Source of the DNA: Eledone cirrhosa
Lineage: Eukaryota
Assembly (NCBI GenBank): GCA_964016885.1
Contig: OZ024746.1
Span: 47,306,001 to 47,370,000, forward strand
Direction of reading: 5' to 3'
Length of the DNA: 64,000 nt
Shown here in pieces: positions 1-14,549 of this stretch. The stretch's first letter is position 1, and each line of letters starts with the position of its first letter. The notes under the pieces are model-generated. The model was not told where the DNA came from. It did no database searches and worked only from the letters and a program-made list of their open reading frames with translations. The translations under genes and the position numbers were made by a program.

Positions 1-1214
1 CCATAAATCCTGACTGAAAGTTCTGTCCATTTTAACTTTATGTAAATCATTCTGTGTTGGAATTATTTGTCGTTTCTTTCTGTTTTTAATTATTTTTAAA
101 AAATAAACAGTGAAACAGTGGAATTATCTCCTCCACCCATGTTGATAATATAAAATACACACAAATAGTAAACTCTTGGTTACACGCGAAATAAAACTAC
201 AATTAAAACAACAAATTACTTTTTTATTAGCTCAAATTAATGTTTTTTTTGTTTCTTGTTTTAATGGGTGTTTTTGTTTGTTTATTTTTATTTGAGTAAT
301 TAAAATTTTAGATTATTTGTTTCCAAGGTTTATAGGAATTTATTTCAAGCTTATATTCCTTTCAACAGTGGCTATTATTAAACAGATAAGAATAGCTGGT
401 TTGACTTTATATTCTTACTGCTATTGTTGAACCTTCACCAAGCTACATTATACTATGTGCTCTTAATTTTTTTAAGATATGGATGAGATTTGATTGCCAT
501 TTCTAGCTGGTCGAGCGACTACGTATAGGATTCCTCGTTGTTTTGAATATTGATTTATATGTATTTTCGGAATTAATACCCCGTTATTTTGTGCGTAGAT
601 AAGCATGTAGATAGATATTTACTTTTCCGCAATCACCTTCCTCCGTTTATTTCACGTATGGTTGCTTCAAGCAAAATCAAAAGAGTTACATAATGCTGTC
701 AAACCATTGTTCTCCTAGCTGTACGGCCTATAACTAGAGTTCATCTGTTGTTGGTAGCATTAGCAAAAAAACGGTGAGATTTAAAATTTTAGAAATATGC
801 TAGTTTGACAAAATCTATGTGAGTATTGTTATTATTGTTGAGGTTGCTGTTGCCAAACGTGTCCTTGAATTCATCCCATTAATGTTATTTCCAATAGAAA
901 GTCATTACTCTGTAAGTCAGTTTTATTGTAAATATTTTTATAAATGTTGTTTTCATATTGCTAGTATTTTTTCGTGTGTTCAGAAATTGCTTTTTTTTAA
1001 TGAAGAACATTTGCTGCTATTTCTGCATTGTTACTAATTCTTTCTACTAATCTAGTAAAGGAAGTTTTAATTAAAATTACTGTAAGCAGAATAATTTTCG
1101 GGAAATTATTAAAATGATGTTTAAAACAAATCTTTTTCTACCTCCTGTATTGGAGTAGACAGAAAGTGTGTCATTCCGACCTTTGAATTGAAAAATAGGT
1201 TTTTTATTTGAATG

Positions 1215-2170
1215 TGCGGCAGTTCTGGGTCAAGAAGAGGCCGAGACTGGGTGCCTGGCATCTGCAATGTTGCACTCTGACAGGCGGCTAATGCCGCCAA
1301 TGGAACTTCCACTCTTGAGTTTTATAGATGATTAGTGGTGGGCAAATGCTGAGAGGCGTCGACGATGTCGAACTGATCAGTCTGTTCCGGAGGACTTTCG
1401 AGCCGAGGACTATGGATAACTTCCAGAAGCCCCTCGCTTGGCAGTGCTACCGGGAGGCACTGCCGGTTCGAGATAAACTCTAACGGATGTGCTGTCAGAC
1501 AGACCTTCCCGAGATGCGCGCACAGAGACGAAACCGTTCTGCACGCACTCGCCCAGTGTCCGTGCATTACTGACTTGTGAAGTTATGTCGAACAACTGTT
1601 ATCGCGTGTAGAACGGATCTGGCTATCGACTGAGTCCATAGTGAAAACTGCACCGCCGCCTTCTTTTGGCCGGAAGGGGCAGGCAGTTTTCCTCTGTCTG
1701 GTGGTGTTAGCGAAAGTGGTTGTGTAGTGGACCAGGTTGAAAGGACTGAAGACAGATACTTTTCTCTTCAGACAATCCCTCATCGACTTTTTCAAGTTTC
1801 ACTTGGAAAGGGAAATGAGGGTGGAGAGAGAAGTGCTGCCCCCGAGTACATTTACAAAAAGGTGGGTGAATGTGACGAGAATAACCCGTGTGAATGGGCA
1901 TAGTCTGAGCATGCGTCTGTAGGCTGGTTAATTTGAGGGGAAAAGGGTTGCCCTTCCCGGGTGCCCTCGAAGCGTCGGATGGTTCAGCGCTGGTGGAAGC
2001 GTTGGTAGAGTACCTGAGTCACCCCTGAGTGGTTATCCCCCCCCCCCTATTTTGGAATATTCATTGTTGTATTGTTCTTGTTTATTGCTATTGTTGTTAT
2101 AAAAACCCACACTGTCCCTGTCTAGAGTATTGTCCCCTATATTTCGGCCCTTGTGGCAATAAATGAAACA
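1215..2170 (+). mobile_element. 5'-truncated, decayed L1/Tx1-clade LINE (ORF2 C-terminus with Cys/His zinc motif plus 3' UTR)
   Basis: Colinear with 5000-6030 (MDNFQKPLAWQCYREALPVRDKL..., RWVNVTRITRVNGHSLSMRL*); in-frame stops at 1578 and 1725; ends ccttgtggcaataaatgaaa followed by (TTA)n(TAG)n. Confidence 0.9.
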
Positions 2171-2193
2171 ACTGTTATTATTATTAGTAGTAG

Positions 2194-2310
2194 TTCAAAT
2201 CCCGCCGAGGTTAACTTTGCCTTTCATCCTTACGGGGTCGATAAAATAAAGTACCAGTAATACACTGGTGTTTGCTGGCCTTGTGCCAAAAAGTAGAAAC
2301 AATTATTATT
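2194..2310 (+). mobile_element. tRNA-derived SINE, 5'-truncated (family 1)
   Basis: B-box gttcaaatcc, body ttaactttgcctttcatccttacggggtcgataaaataaagtaccagt and tail ggccttgtgccaaaaagtagaaacaattattatt; the same motif recurs more than 10 times in the window. Confidence 0.85.
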
Positions 2311-5300
2311 CTCATCCAACATGGCTGTACTCAGAATAGAAAGTATAAATGCACGTGGCCTGGGGTCATCTTGGAAGCAGGGTCACCTGCTCAATGACCT
2401 CAGGTCACTAAACATAGCTGTGGTGGCCATCAGTGAAACCAGAATCTCCGAGGCACGGGCCTTTGCACCGATCTTCGGCGGCTACGATGTATACGCATCT
2501 CCCGGCCGTCCAGGATCGGGGGGAGGGGTTGCCGTCCTTTTTCGGAGAGGCTTGGATCTCGCGATACGGGCCATCTTCCTGGACCCAGAAGGTAAGTCGG
2601 TGGTGCTGGACGTGACCGGCAGCGAAGGCAATGCTTTCAGGCTAGTAGCCGTCTACGCCCCAACAGGGGCAGGACGGCCAGATTTCTTCAGACGTCTAGA
2701 GACCTTTCTTGGAACGTCCGGCTCTTTAGTGTTAGTGGGCGACTGGAACGGTATCTTGGATGCACGCTGGGATCGTGTGGGGCTAGTGGATAGAGGAGGA
2801 GGGTGCAAGAGCCTCACCAACCTGCTCAGACGTTTTGAACTGTCTGACAGGTATCGACTGGATCACCCGACTGTGCCAATGTGGACATGGACAAACCGTA
2901 TCGGGTCATCCAGATCGTATCTAGATAGGGTATTCTGCAGGGAACTAGATAAGGCTAGTATAAGTTGTCCACAATTTAAAATAGTCGACTACACAGACCA
3001 CAAATTTGTGATCTGTGAGATCGACATAGACAGACTTCATAGACAAGGGCCTGGTTACTGGAAGCTGAACGCGTCTTTCCCGGCGCGCAAGGCCTACAGA
3101 GACCGGATTAGCGTATTAGTTAAGCGGGCGTTGACGGGAGCGGTCGTCAACAACAGGTGGTGGTTCGCCCTGAAAAGGGCAATTAAAGTAGAGTCGATTA
3201 GGTTTAGCAAAGGAGTAGTGATAGAGGAAAATAGAGTAGAGGGAGAGCTAGTCAGAAAGCTAGAAGAGGCGTTTAGGACAGGCATCGCAACCGACGTCCT
3301 TGCGGCGAGATTGGCACTCGACCAATTCTTCAATGCAAAACACGAAGGCTGTGTTGTCAGAGCTAGGGCGCGTGCTCTGAAACACGAGGGGACAAAAGCC
3401 GTCCAATGGGCCCGAGTGGCAGAGGCGCGACCTGGCAATAAAGCCACAATTCGGTCTTTGTCTGACCAAAACGGGTGCGTGATGCTCGAACCCGAGCGGA
3501 TGTGTGAAGCTTTTCAGCAACACTTTGCTGAACTGTTCGGGAGCAGCGGCGGTCCGGATCGGGACATGGACTTCAGTGCATACCTCGACGGACTGCCTCG
3601 GTTCTCGACGACCGCAGCACAGTGTTGCGAAAAGCCAATAACAGCCGGTGAAATACGGGAAGCGATGGCTAACTGCACAAGAGGTAAATCGCCAGGTTTA
3701 GATGGTCTGCCCTACGAGCTTTATGCATTTATGCCAGACTTGTTCGGTGACCTCTTGGCAGACGTCTACTGCAACTGGCAGCAGAACGGGAGCATTCCCA
3801 GTTTTGTGAGCCGGGGAGCAGTGGCGCTGCTGAGAAAAGACCCGAACAAGGGGGATGTTATTGATAATTTCAGGCCCATAACCCTGCTAAACGCAGAGTT
3901 CAAGATTTTGGCCAAGGTGTTAGCAACGAGGTTGGCGCTTATCGTCAAGGGTCTGGTGGGAGAGGCGCAGACATGCACCATCCCGGACAGATCCATACAC
4001 GACAACCTCCACCTCATGCGATACATCATAGAGAGACTGGTTAAGGAACCTGGCAAGGGTGGGGCCCTGATCAACTTGGATCAATCCAAAGCATTCGATA
4101 GGGTCGACCATCGGTACCTGGCGGCGGTCCTCGAGGCAGCCGGTTTCGGGCCCGTTTTCAGGCGTTGGATCGCAGCAATGTACAGCGACATCTGCTCAGT
4201 TGTGAGGGTGAACGGTCACCTGTCGCAGCCGTTCAGCATCATGCGCTCAGTCCGCCAGGGTTGTCCCCTCTCGTCCCTCTTGTACGTATTGCCTCTCGAG
4301 CCGTTACTGCACAAACTCGGGGCGATGAGGGGCGTCCCACGCGAACTAGGATGCGGGAAATCCGAGTCGGCTTACGCTGACGACGTCAACGTGGTGGTGT
4401 CGAGCACCAGACACGTCCAGATGCTCGGCACCGCTCTCAAGGAATACGAAACGGTGACAGGAGCAAAGATAAACCAGGAAAAGTCGGTGGGCTTGCAGCT
4501 AGGCACCTGGAGAGGCAAGTCCATGCCGTCCGACAGCGTCGTGGGGCGTTGGACGGACGGACCGGTTAAATGGCTCGGGGTCTGGTTCGGACCGGACCTC
4601 CAGATGGGGGAAAACTAGAACGAGGTGACGAGCAGGGTGGCCTCTCTCACCCAGAAATGGGCTGAGAGGAAGCTGTCCCTGAAAGGCCGGGCGGAAGTGG
4701 CGAATGCGTACATCGCATCCGTCATCGGCTACCGCCTCACCGTCGTCCCTTGCTCCAGCCCAACTCTCACCAAAATGGAGCGCCTCCTCTTCTGCTTTTT
4801 GTGGAAGGGACGCGCTCCCATGGTCAGACGATCCATCTGCTGTCAACACCCGTTGCGTGGAGGACTGGGCATGCCATGGCTGATGATGCGCAAACATGCG
4901 CTGAGGCTGCGACATCTCTGGTGCTTCCTTGATGGTGAACGGGTGTGGTCGCCGTTCGCCAGGCACATTTTCCCACAGCTCGTCTCCTTGATGGAGCTGC
5001 AGTCCTGGATCAGAAAAAGACCGAGGGATAGCGCTTGGAAACTGGAATGTCTCCAGGCGCTCACTGCCCTCTCCCAGTTGGGCACCAGTATCGGTGGAAC
5101 ATCCACCTCGGCGTACTATAGAGGACTAGTGGAGGGGAAGAGCGACGACGTTCTCGGAGAGATCCTGGGCGTCGAAGAAGATCAGCTGCTTGCTCTCTTC
5201 CGGAGAACTTTCAGCCCGGGGCCTATGGATAACTTCCAAAAATCCCCGGCCTGGCAGTGCTACCGGGGTGCGCTGCCGGTTCGAGATAAGCTCTACAGGC

Positions 5301-6030
5301 ACGGAAGTGCCGTCAGCCGAGCCTGTCCGAGATGCGCGCATAGCGACGAAACCGTTGTGCACGCACTCGTTCAGTGCCCGAGCATTGCTGACTTGTGGAG
5401 CTATGTTGAACAGTTGCTGTCACGTGTGGGACTGATCCGGTTGTCGACTGAGTCCATTGTGCAGATGGTCTCGTCGTCTTCCTTTGAGGAGGAAGAGCAT
5501 GCGGTTTTCATCTGCCTGGTGGCCATGGCGAAAGAGATAGTGTGGTGGACAAGGTTAAAAGGATTAAAGACAAACACTTTCCTCTTTGGCGAATCCCTGA
5601 TTAACTTTTTCAAGTTTCACTTGAAGAGGAAAATCAGGGTGGAGAGGCAAGTTCTGCTTTCTAGCAAGTTTGTTGAAAGGTGAGTGAATGTAGCGAGAAT
5701 GGTCCGAGTGAACGGGACCACTCTGAATATACGTCTGTAGTTTGAGATATGGAAAAATTGAGAGAGGGCGCTTGCCCTGGTAGTGAGGGTGGCCGTGGTC
5801 TTTTGTGTGGTTTTCGCCACGAGTAACCCTCGGAGGTTTCCCCCCTATTGGGGAATTTTTCATTGTTTCAATTTTCATTTTATTGTTTATATATATATAT
5901 GTTTTATGTCTTTTTTCTTTTCTTATATAAATAATAAAAATATTTACACGCACAAAACCCACATCGTACCGTCCTGTTCCGTCTGTGATGTTTTTCTTGA
6001 TGTCAGCCCTTGTGGCCAATAAAGAAATCA
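2311..6030 (+). mobile_element. L1/Tx1-clade LINE, ORF2 plus 3' UTR only (ORF1 missing)
   Basis: GC-rich island. Encodes APE endonuclease (INARGL, SETRI, GDWN, LDRVF, TDHK), RT (KSPGLDG, FRPITLLN, LDQSKAFDRV, VRQGCPLS, AYADD) and a C-terminal CxxC..H..C motif; 3' end ccttgtggccaataaagaaa. Confidence 0.95.
2321..5740 (+). pseudogene. Tx1-type ORF2 (APE-RT-Zn), 1139 codons in one frame with two premature stops
   Basis: ORFs 2321-4618 and 4625-5683 are in the same frame. TAG 4616-4618 and TGA 5681-5683 align to Trp in sister copies (EKNWDEV; ERWVKV). The natural stop is at 5738-5740. Confidence 0.92.
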
Positions 6031-6049
6031 TTATTATTATTATTATGAT

Positions 6050-6122
<73 letters not shown>
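6031..6122. repeat. (TTA)n then (AGT)n microsatellite
   Basis: Read directly; abuts the LINE 3' end. Confidence 0.95.
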
Positions 6123-6912
6123 CTAACATCACCACCATTGTCATCATGAACAACTGCATCATAATTAGTTTCGCCATTGCTTTCCTAATATCTTTATTCG
6201 AAATCTGAATAGATACGTCGAAAAATTAAATGGCGTGTAGAAATGATATGGATCTTCTTGTACATAATCATTGCAATATTAACTGTACAACATAATGATA
6301 TAATGACTGTATAGTATATACATCAATAGTCTACTATGAGAAACGAACAAAAAAATAGGAAAAACAGATAGGAAGATAACTAATTCAGTGTTTGATATTT
6401 ATCTAAGTAAATTTCTTTTTTATATTTGACTATAGCGAATATCATATAGACAGTTAACGTGATGATCGAATTAATGGCAGTTCAATAAAGAGATTTCTAC
6501 TCTAATCTCAATATCTTTCAGATGATCACAGGCTACTGAAAGATCAAAGCCTATGTTCGCTACTATACTTCACAGGGAGTCCAAGCGATATCATTAAATC
6601 TCGATGACTACGAACTTTTCTCTCTTAAGCGCCGTTGTCGTTTGAGCACAATATTTTATTGTTTAAACTTAAATTTCAAAGATAAGCTTCTGTGTTAATT
6701 ACTGACCCATTATGCTTTCAAGACTCAGTTTGTTCTATTACAAAAATAACCACCATAACAAATAATTCAGTGTTCTAAATATATTCGAATTTGTCAAATA
6801 TGCACACAGAAAACCACATTCAGTTCTTCTATTCCTCTTTCCGTGTCTTTTACAATGTTATTTCTATATTTTCCTTGCTTCCTATCTACTTCTTACATTA
6901 TTTCATTTTTAT

Positions 6913-6960
6913 GTTTTGTTTTGTTTTGTTTTGTTTTGTTTTGTTTTGTTTTGTTTTGTT
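6913..6960. repeat. (GTTTT)n microsatellite
   Basis: Read directly. Confidence 0.95.
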
Positions 6961-7644
6961 GTTTTTTTTTGTTGTTATTTTTTTTAGTGCTTGCGTTTTT
7001 TTATCCTCAACACCGACGTTTTTCATGCTGTTGTTAATATATATAATACATTAAAGTGGAAAAGAATTGAAACTGTTTGATTACTACATGACATCAAGAA
7101 AGTGTACATATATTTGTGATTCAAAATGATGGCGTTTCTCTTTGGCTCGATTCTAAATATGAAGAAACTTTTGCAAAACGTTAAGATAAAAACCAGGACA
7201 TTTTGCATAACAGGTGGGCTGTAATGGTTAACAATATAAAAGCAATTCAATATAATGATTTTAAGGGTCTCACACACAAACATAAAGGCAGACAAACACC
7301 ATAAAAATCATGAATTTCTTTGGCAGATTATTATTAATGTAATCAAAAGGTATTCACCATAATCACAATGAATTATGTTTGGTTTTGCAGCGAAAATACG
7401 TAGTTATATTAACGTTTAGACTTTGGATAAACAGAAGTATTTCGAAAAAAGTTAGGTTCAATCAAATGATTGAAACATCGGCAGAGTTGATTACGGATAT
7501 CTATTTTCATATATTCATTCAGCTTTAAGCGATAGACATTCGCGCTAATGATGGAATGCATGTCTACATATTTTTTTAATGTGTATATTTATAAATACAT
7601 TAGCGTAGTCTCGGTTACGCACTGTATATATATATACAGATGTA

Positions 7645-7676
<32 letters not shown>

Positions 7677-9518
7677 ACAACGATGAGCTAAAATGAAAAT
7701 ACACAAGAGTGTCAGTAACATGAATTAGTTTATATGCCTCACAAATCAGGGCCGACCTTGGGCTAAAAGAAAATAGATTTCAATCGGATCACCATCATAA
7801 GACGGGCCATATATCCCTATGATGGTGAAAAGAGGACGTAGACAACATCCTAATATACAAAAGCCACCACTTTAATTTTATTCTTATGTTCTATATACTG
7901 GAATCGCAGGAATAGAATTTCCAATTGTATCCATTATTTCATCTCGTGGTTTAATATACAGTCTTAATAACTTTGACATTAAAATAGTCCATATATACTC
8001 GTATACGAACAAGTAAATTAAAATAAATTAGTTCCGTATATTCATATATTTAACAACTTAAATTCCATGATGGCTTGTAATAATCTAAATGGCACATATA
8101 GTTACATGTTTCTTTAACTTTCTTTTGTTAAGCTATAACATATTTTCTAGAAAGATAATGTCAAAACAATTGATTTCCTCTTAGATTCTAAGGTAAGCTT
8201 CAAACCAATACGTTCCAATACATCTATTGATTATAATAAAAAAAAGTATGTTTAAGTTACATCAATTTCCACCGCCATCAAAATAGTGACATAGCAAGCA
8301 ATCGACGAAATATAAGTTGACACAGCTAGAAGGTAGAGGATCTGCCAGAAAATGTTCTGGAAATTATCTCTTCAAATGACAATTTGTTTTCTTCGAAGGA
8401 GTTAAAGGAAGAAATTTACAAAAATTGGTCTATAGATCTTTTGACAAGTTTTCAGTGTTGAAATCGATTGAACTCGCCTAGAGGAAAAATAATCTAATTA
8501 ATTGGGTACCTTTTTATTTAAACATTTCGTTTTAGTGTATAGTTGATTAAGTATAGCTACAGCATTAGTGACGTTCAAAACACAGTCATATTTCCTGTCA
8601 TTTATTGGATAACAGTATACAAAAGTTAACATATGCTGGAAAGAAAATACAAAGAATGAATGAAAGAATTCACCATTTGAATTGAATGGTTCTTAGTGGA
8701 AAAGGATCTATGCTTATAACAGTTAAATATCAATTTTAGTTGGAGTTTCTCTCTTTAAAACTGTAATTTGTATTTTGTTTAGGAAATATAATAGTTTAGT
8801 ACGTATAAGAGTAGATGAGCAAGGAGTCCAAATAGAAAAATAAGTTGGCGTATAATTATCCAACAGTGCTTTCAATTAATATTTTTATTATATTGGATGT
8901 TCCTATATGTTATTGGCTATTCCTGTGGAATAACTGCTAGGCAAAATGTCCATCGTAAGTAATTTATTCAATAAATGGCATGAAAGAAGGTGACATACTT
9001 CGACTTCTCAAAGGCTGTGGATGGTTTCGATATGCCCTAGAAAAAGAGTTAAAGGAAGCCGTACGTGCGGCATGATGTGTGCACTTTTGATAGGGACATT
9101 GGAGTGACGTTGAATCTCGGATCATAGTTAACTTTCTAGCACAGTGTGGGTAAGTGATTAGCGCAACGGTGATACATGTTATCGAATAAGAGACATGAAC
9201 ATTTTGAGAATACTGCATTGTGAATGCAGAAAGGAAAACGATAAAATCAGTGATAGAAGGCGTAAAGCCTAGATGTGACACATGTGAAAACACGACGAAT
9301 TAGTGCATTCTTCTGGATGAGATGAAAAAGCAGAGAAAGACAGAAAACTAACAACAGCAGGAGCAGGTTATAAGGCATGACAGGTTACTGTTCAGAGGAT
9401 AATAAAACATATTAATCCATATTCAGTGCTGAGGGGACTAGCATCTGAAAAATTAAGATTCTTTTCCATATCTATAAAGCGCTAAACTAATATGTTATTA
9501 TTATATTGTGATGTTCTC

Positions 9519-9674
9519 TGACGCCATGCTTTGCAGCAACGAATTACGGCCCTTTATGGTCTGAGTTCAAATCCCGCCGAGGTTAACTTTGCCTTTCATC
9601 CTTACGGGGTCGATAAAATAATGTACCAGTAATACACTGAGATAATTGCTGGCCTTGTGCCAAAAGTAGAAACA
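9519..9674 (+). mobile_element. SINE family 1 copy with 19-bp target site duplication
   Basis: TSD attatattgtgatgttctc at 9500-9518 and 9675-9693; B-box gagttcaaatcc; family body and tail. Confidence 0.92.
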
Positions 9675-10899
9675 ATTATATTGTGATGTTCTCGTAAGAG
9701 TTTTTAGTTTCCTTTTGACTTATTTTGTTTGTAATTATATAAATATATATAAATATATATTCAGTAAAATACATAATAATGCAAAGGACTGTGTAAAGAA
9801 ATGGGAAACTGTCATATAACCACATGCTTCGAAGATACGAAAAGAAGAAGAAAAAGTAAAATACATGGAAAAGTGTTGTATACCTCCCGAAGCTAGTTGA
9901 TTTCGCCTCATTTATCAGTTGATGAACGAGACAAAATCAACTCGCTTCAGGAAACCCTGAGAACCTAGGAAGGTATACGCCAGTTGTCCATGTATTTCAC
10001 ACAATATAGTATATTTATCTCTATGATTACATATTGAGGGCTCTTCCTTTATTGATTACAACCATACATTCAGGCAACAGTATGTGTGAGTGCTTGTGTG
10101 TGTGTGTATATATATATGTGTGTGTGGGGAGGGGGTGCGTGTGTGAGCGTGCAATGCCGTATGTTTATATATATAGATTTACATAATTCAATGTCTCCTT
10201 TCCAAAATGGTTGTGTAATATGCGTCACTCGTTTCTTTCTAACGTACTATTTTAATAAGGCTTTTTTTTTTTTCATTTTTAGAAAGTCTTTGATTATATC
10301 ATGATTTGAATTGCAGTTATTCAGAACTTACATAAATCATTTTTATAGTTTTTAAAGTTTAATTTGGTGCGGGGGAAGATTTGTTTTAAGGAGATTTCCT
10401 TTTTTCTCATTTTTAAGCGAGATTTACAGCTGCTGTATATATTTTAATATATATGTCTATTTAGTTCCTATTGGAACGCATATGCATATTTTATTTGAGT
10501 ATGTAATTATGTTTTCATTCATGTAGTTATTGAAACTGAAAGAACATCTCTTTACATTTTCAAAACACGAAACAACTTAAAAGAATAACACTTTTCTTGA
10601 TGACATAGGAACTTTCAAACATGCCAATAATGTTGAGAATCGTAACTTAGTATTAGAAGACAAACTGTTCCTTCCAAGTCTCTTTTATTTTGCATTCTTT
10701 TTTAATGACTTCTAAGAATCTTCTTCTAAGTGATATGGGTAGTAACAGTAGTAGTGATCATGATACCATTCGCAGAATTATCTGACAAAATCCCAGCAAG
10801 AAGTTAGAGCCTTGCCATTCGTCCTGATGTTCTTCAGTGCGCAAATGAGCCACTTCGAATGTTTCGTTGAATGTTAATTGGTTCTGCAATGTGTTGCCT

Positions 10900-11670
10900 C
10901 ATGATCCTGATATTCCTTATCCTGCTCCTGATCTCGATCCCCATCCCGATCCAGATCCTGATCCTCCTGATCCTAATCCTGATCTTATCCTTATGATCCT
11001 AATCCTGACCCTGATCCTCCTGATCCTGATCCTGATCCTCCTGATCCTCCTGATCCTAATCCTGAACCTGATTCTGATCTTCCTGATTTTGATCCTCCTG
11101 ATTCCGATCCTCCTCATCCTGATCCTGAACCTGATCCTGAACTTGATCCTGATCCTCCTGATTCTGATCCTCCTGATCCTGATCCTCCAGATCCTGATCC
11201 TGATCAAGATCCTCCTGATCCTGATCCTGAACCTGATCTCAATGCCGATCCCGATCCTGATCTTCCTGATCATGATCCTGACCTCCTGATCCAGATCCTT
11301 CTGATCCTGATCCTGATCCCAATCCCGATGCCGATTCCGATCCTGATCTTCCTGATCCTGATCCTCCTGATCCTGATCCTCCTGATCCTGATCCTCCTGA
11401 TCCTGATCCTCCTGATCCAGATCAGGATCAGGAGCATCAGGATCAGAAGGATCAGGATCAAGAGGATCAGGATCATGAGGATCGGAATCAGAAGGATCAG
11501 GATCAGGAGCAGAAGGATCAGGATCAGGATCAGAAGGTTCAGCATCAGGAGGATCAGGATCGGGAGGATCGGGATCGGAATCGGGGTCGGGATCTGGATC
11601 GGAATCTGGGATGAGATCGCTGGCCTCCAGATCCTGTCCTGATCCAGATCCCTAATGCTAACCCTAACCC
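10900..11670. repeat. Degenerate (GATCCT)n / (GATCCTCCT)n satellite with an internal inversion, ending in CCCTAA-like units
   Basis: GATCCT units to ~11419, AGGATC units ~11420-11620, then GATCCT again and ...cctaatgctaaccctaaccc. Confidence 0.9.
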
Positions 11671-11946
11671 CAGTTCTACAAAAACCTATGGCCCTCCTGA
11701 GTGATTGTTAGTTATTCGATGTTATTTGTGTCATATTTGTTTTCTATTATTTATGACAGCACTCTAACGGGTTTTTATTATATAGTCAAAAAGGCCACTG
11801 CGCTAAAAGGATCGGTAACGTTTTTGGCATATTGTGAAGCCCTGGTATTTAAAACATAAATATGTTAGAGAGGTTTTTAGACAAAACAACGGTAAAAGAA
11901 ATAAATGCCAAAAGTACCTTTATTTGCTGTAAATATAGCTAAACCA

Positions 11947-12100
11947 AGGCGGCGAATTGGCAGTCATTAGAACATCGGATAGAATGTTTTGTGGTATTCA
12001 TTCCGGTTCTCTGCAGCCTGAGTTCAAAATCCTCCGAGGCCAACTTTACATTTCAGCCTTTTAAGGTCAATAAGAAAGTAACTGTTCATTGCTTGGGGCG
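11947..12100 (+). mobile_element. Diverged SINE family 1 copy with tRNA-like head
   Basis: ggcggcgaattggcagtcattag (A-box-like) ... ctgagttcaaaatcctccgaggccaacttt ... ttttaaggtcaataa. Confidence 0.7.
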
Positions 12101-13627
12101 ATTCTTCCGCTATATCTCTGTCTAACTTCCTATATGTCACTCTCTGTCTCTCTGGAAGAAATTGATTGTGTTAAGCTATCTTGCGATATCGATTAACAGT
12201 AGATATCACAAAAGTTATTCCTCGTCGAGCAAAATGTGGATAGATTTTTTTATTATAGATTTTTATTGCTACGGAGAAGTGGCAATCACCTTATGCTATC
12301 ATACCAGGAATAATGTGAATATAATCCCTAATCAGAAACTTAATGGGGCTGAAGGAATTTAGTTATATATAAGTAACAGTACTGGGGGTCGTAGTAATGT
12401 TATAAATATCACAATCGATGTTTGCAGGAGTAGACGTGTATAAATAAATGTATATTTTAGTTGAGATATAGGACAAAATATCAAATTATTATGCTGATTT
12501 CTCAAAAGTGATCGAGATTACGTGCTAAAAAGGATGTTATATGAACCATGTTATTCAGAATACAACTCAGGTAATTCCTGATAAATACATTATTTTAATC
12601 TTTCAATAGCGTGATCTTGGTTTGTTTGCTTAAAACAACTTTCAGTTTTAATGAAATCATTAAAAATATTATAAATCCACCATACCCCCACCCTAACCAA
12701 TACCATCTGATCTAAATACCACGAAATATAGGTTGGAGTATTTTTATTATTACTTTTCAATCTTTTGTAATCAATAAATGTGGGATCGAGAATCTTCAAT
12801 TTTTCTCATTGTTTTTCACAAAAATACATCCAATAAAAATGTTTAATAATAGTTTAGTTTGGAATTAAGCAGCTGTTTAAATATTGATATATTTCTAAAG
12901 ACTAATAAAAAAAATATTATTACAAGCTAATAGAAACTTTTCAGTATCACAGTCGTCATAAACTAGAAGAGAATATTCATTACGAATATATTTATTTATC
13001 TTTAGCATCGTTGTTATAGTCACCGTCATGATAAAGGATTTTATTAAAGTTGGTGTATGTGTCGTAAATGTCTGGAAAGTGGGTGGTAAGAGTGCGTAAG
13101 AGAGACAGAGAAAGAAAGAAACAAACAAACAAAGCTGGTGTAGTGGTGTATGGCGCTGTTAGTGGCTGATACTGGTGCTGGTTGAAGAAGGGACTGAACA
13201 TTTTTATTTCTTATCTTACTACTTTATGGAAAGGGTTGAGAAGAGTATGTGCGTATGTATGAGAAAGAGGACCGAGGAAAATTAAGTGGGGGGGGGGAGA
13301 CAGTGAAAGATGAACTAAAAGAGAAATTATTTTTTAAAGCTTGTTTGTTTTCGTCACACATTCTGAGACCTCCTCAGTGGCTAAATTGTTATTTTGTGTC
13401 ACTTCTGTGTTCTGTCCAACACCATTTTGTTTTTGTGAGCTAATTGCAATAATCAAATAAACAACCATCCGGTTATCCGGAAACTAACGGGTGCGTATGT
13501 TTTTATTGGCAGAATGACCCGCCCAATATATAACACAATGTGTGTTTCAACACACGTTGTCATATCCGAAATCTTGCAAAACAAATACAAAAATGAAATA
13601 TATATATATTTAAATCCATTAACAACC

Positions 13628-14458
<831 letters not shown>

Positions 14459-14549
14459 CGAAGGAAATGTGGTAAGGAACCAGGTGGACCATAACGCACC
14501 AAAGTGCTCAATACTTAGGGTAGTAGAGTGGGTAATAGGAACAAGTAAG

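Noticed and set aside
3094-5820. Antisense and alternate-frame ORFs within the LINEs (also 56-60 kb)
   Set aside because: Expected shadows of GC-rich coding sequence with no independent motifs.
10867-11642. ILIL / RIRI / DPDP ORFs resembling membrane or Arg-rich proteins
   Set aside because: Frames of the GATCCT satellite, open on both strands by construction.
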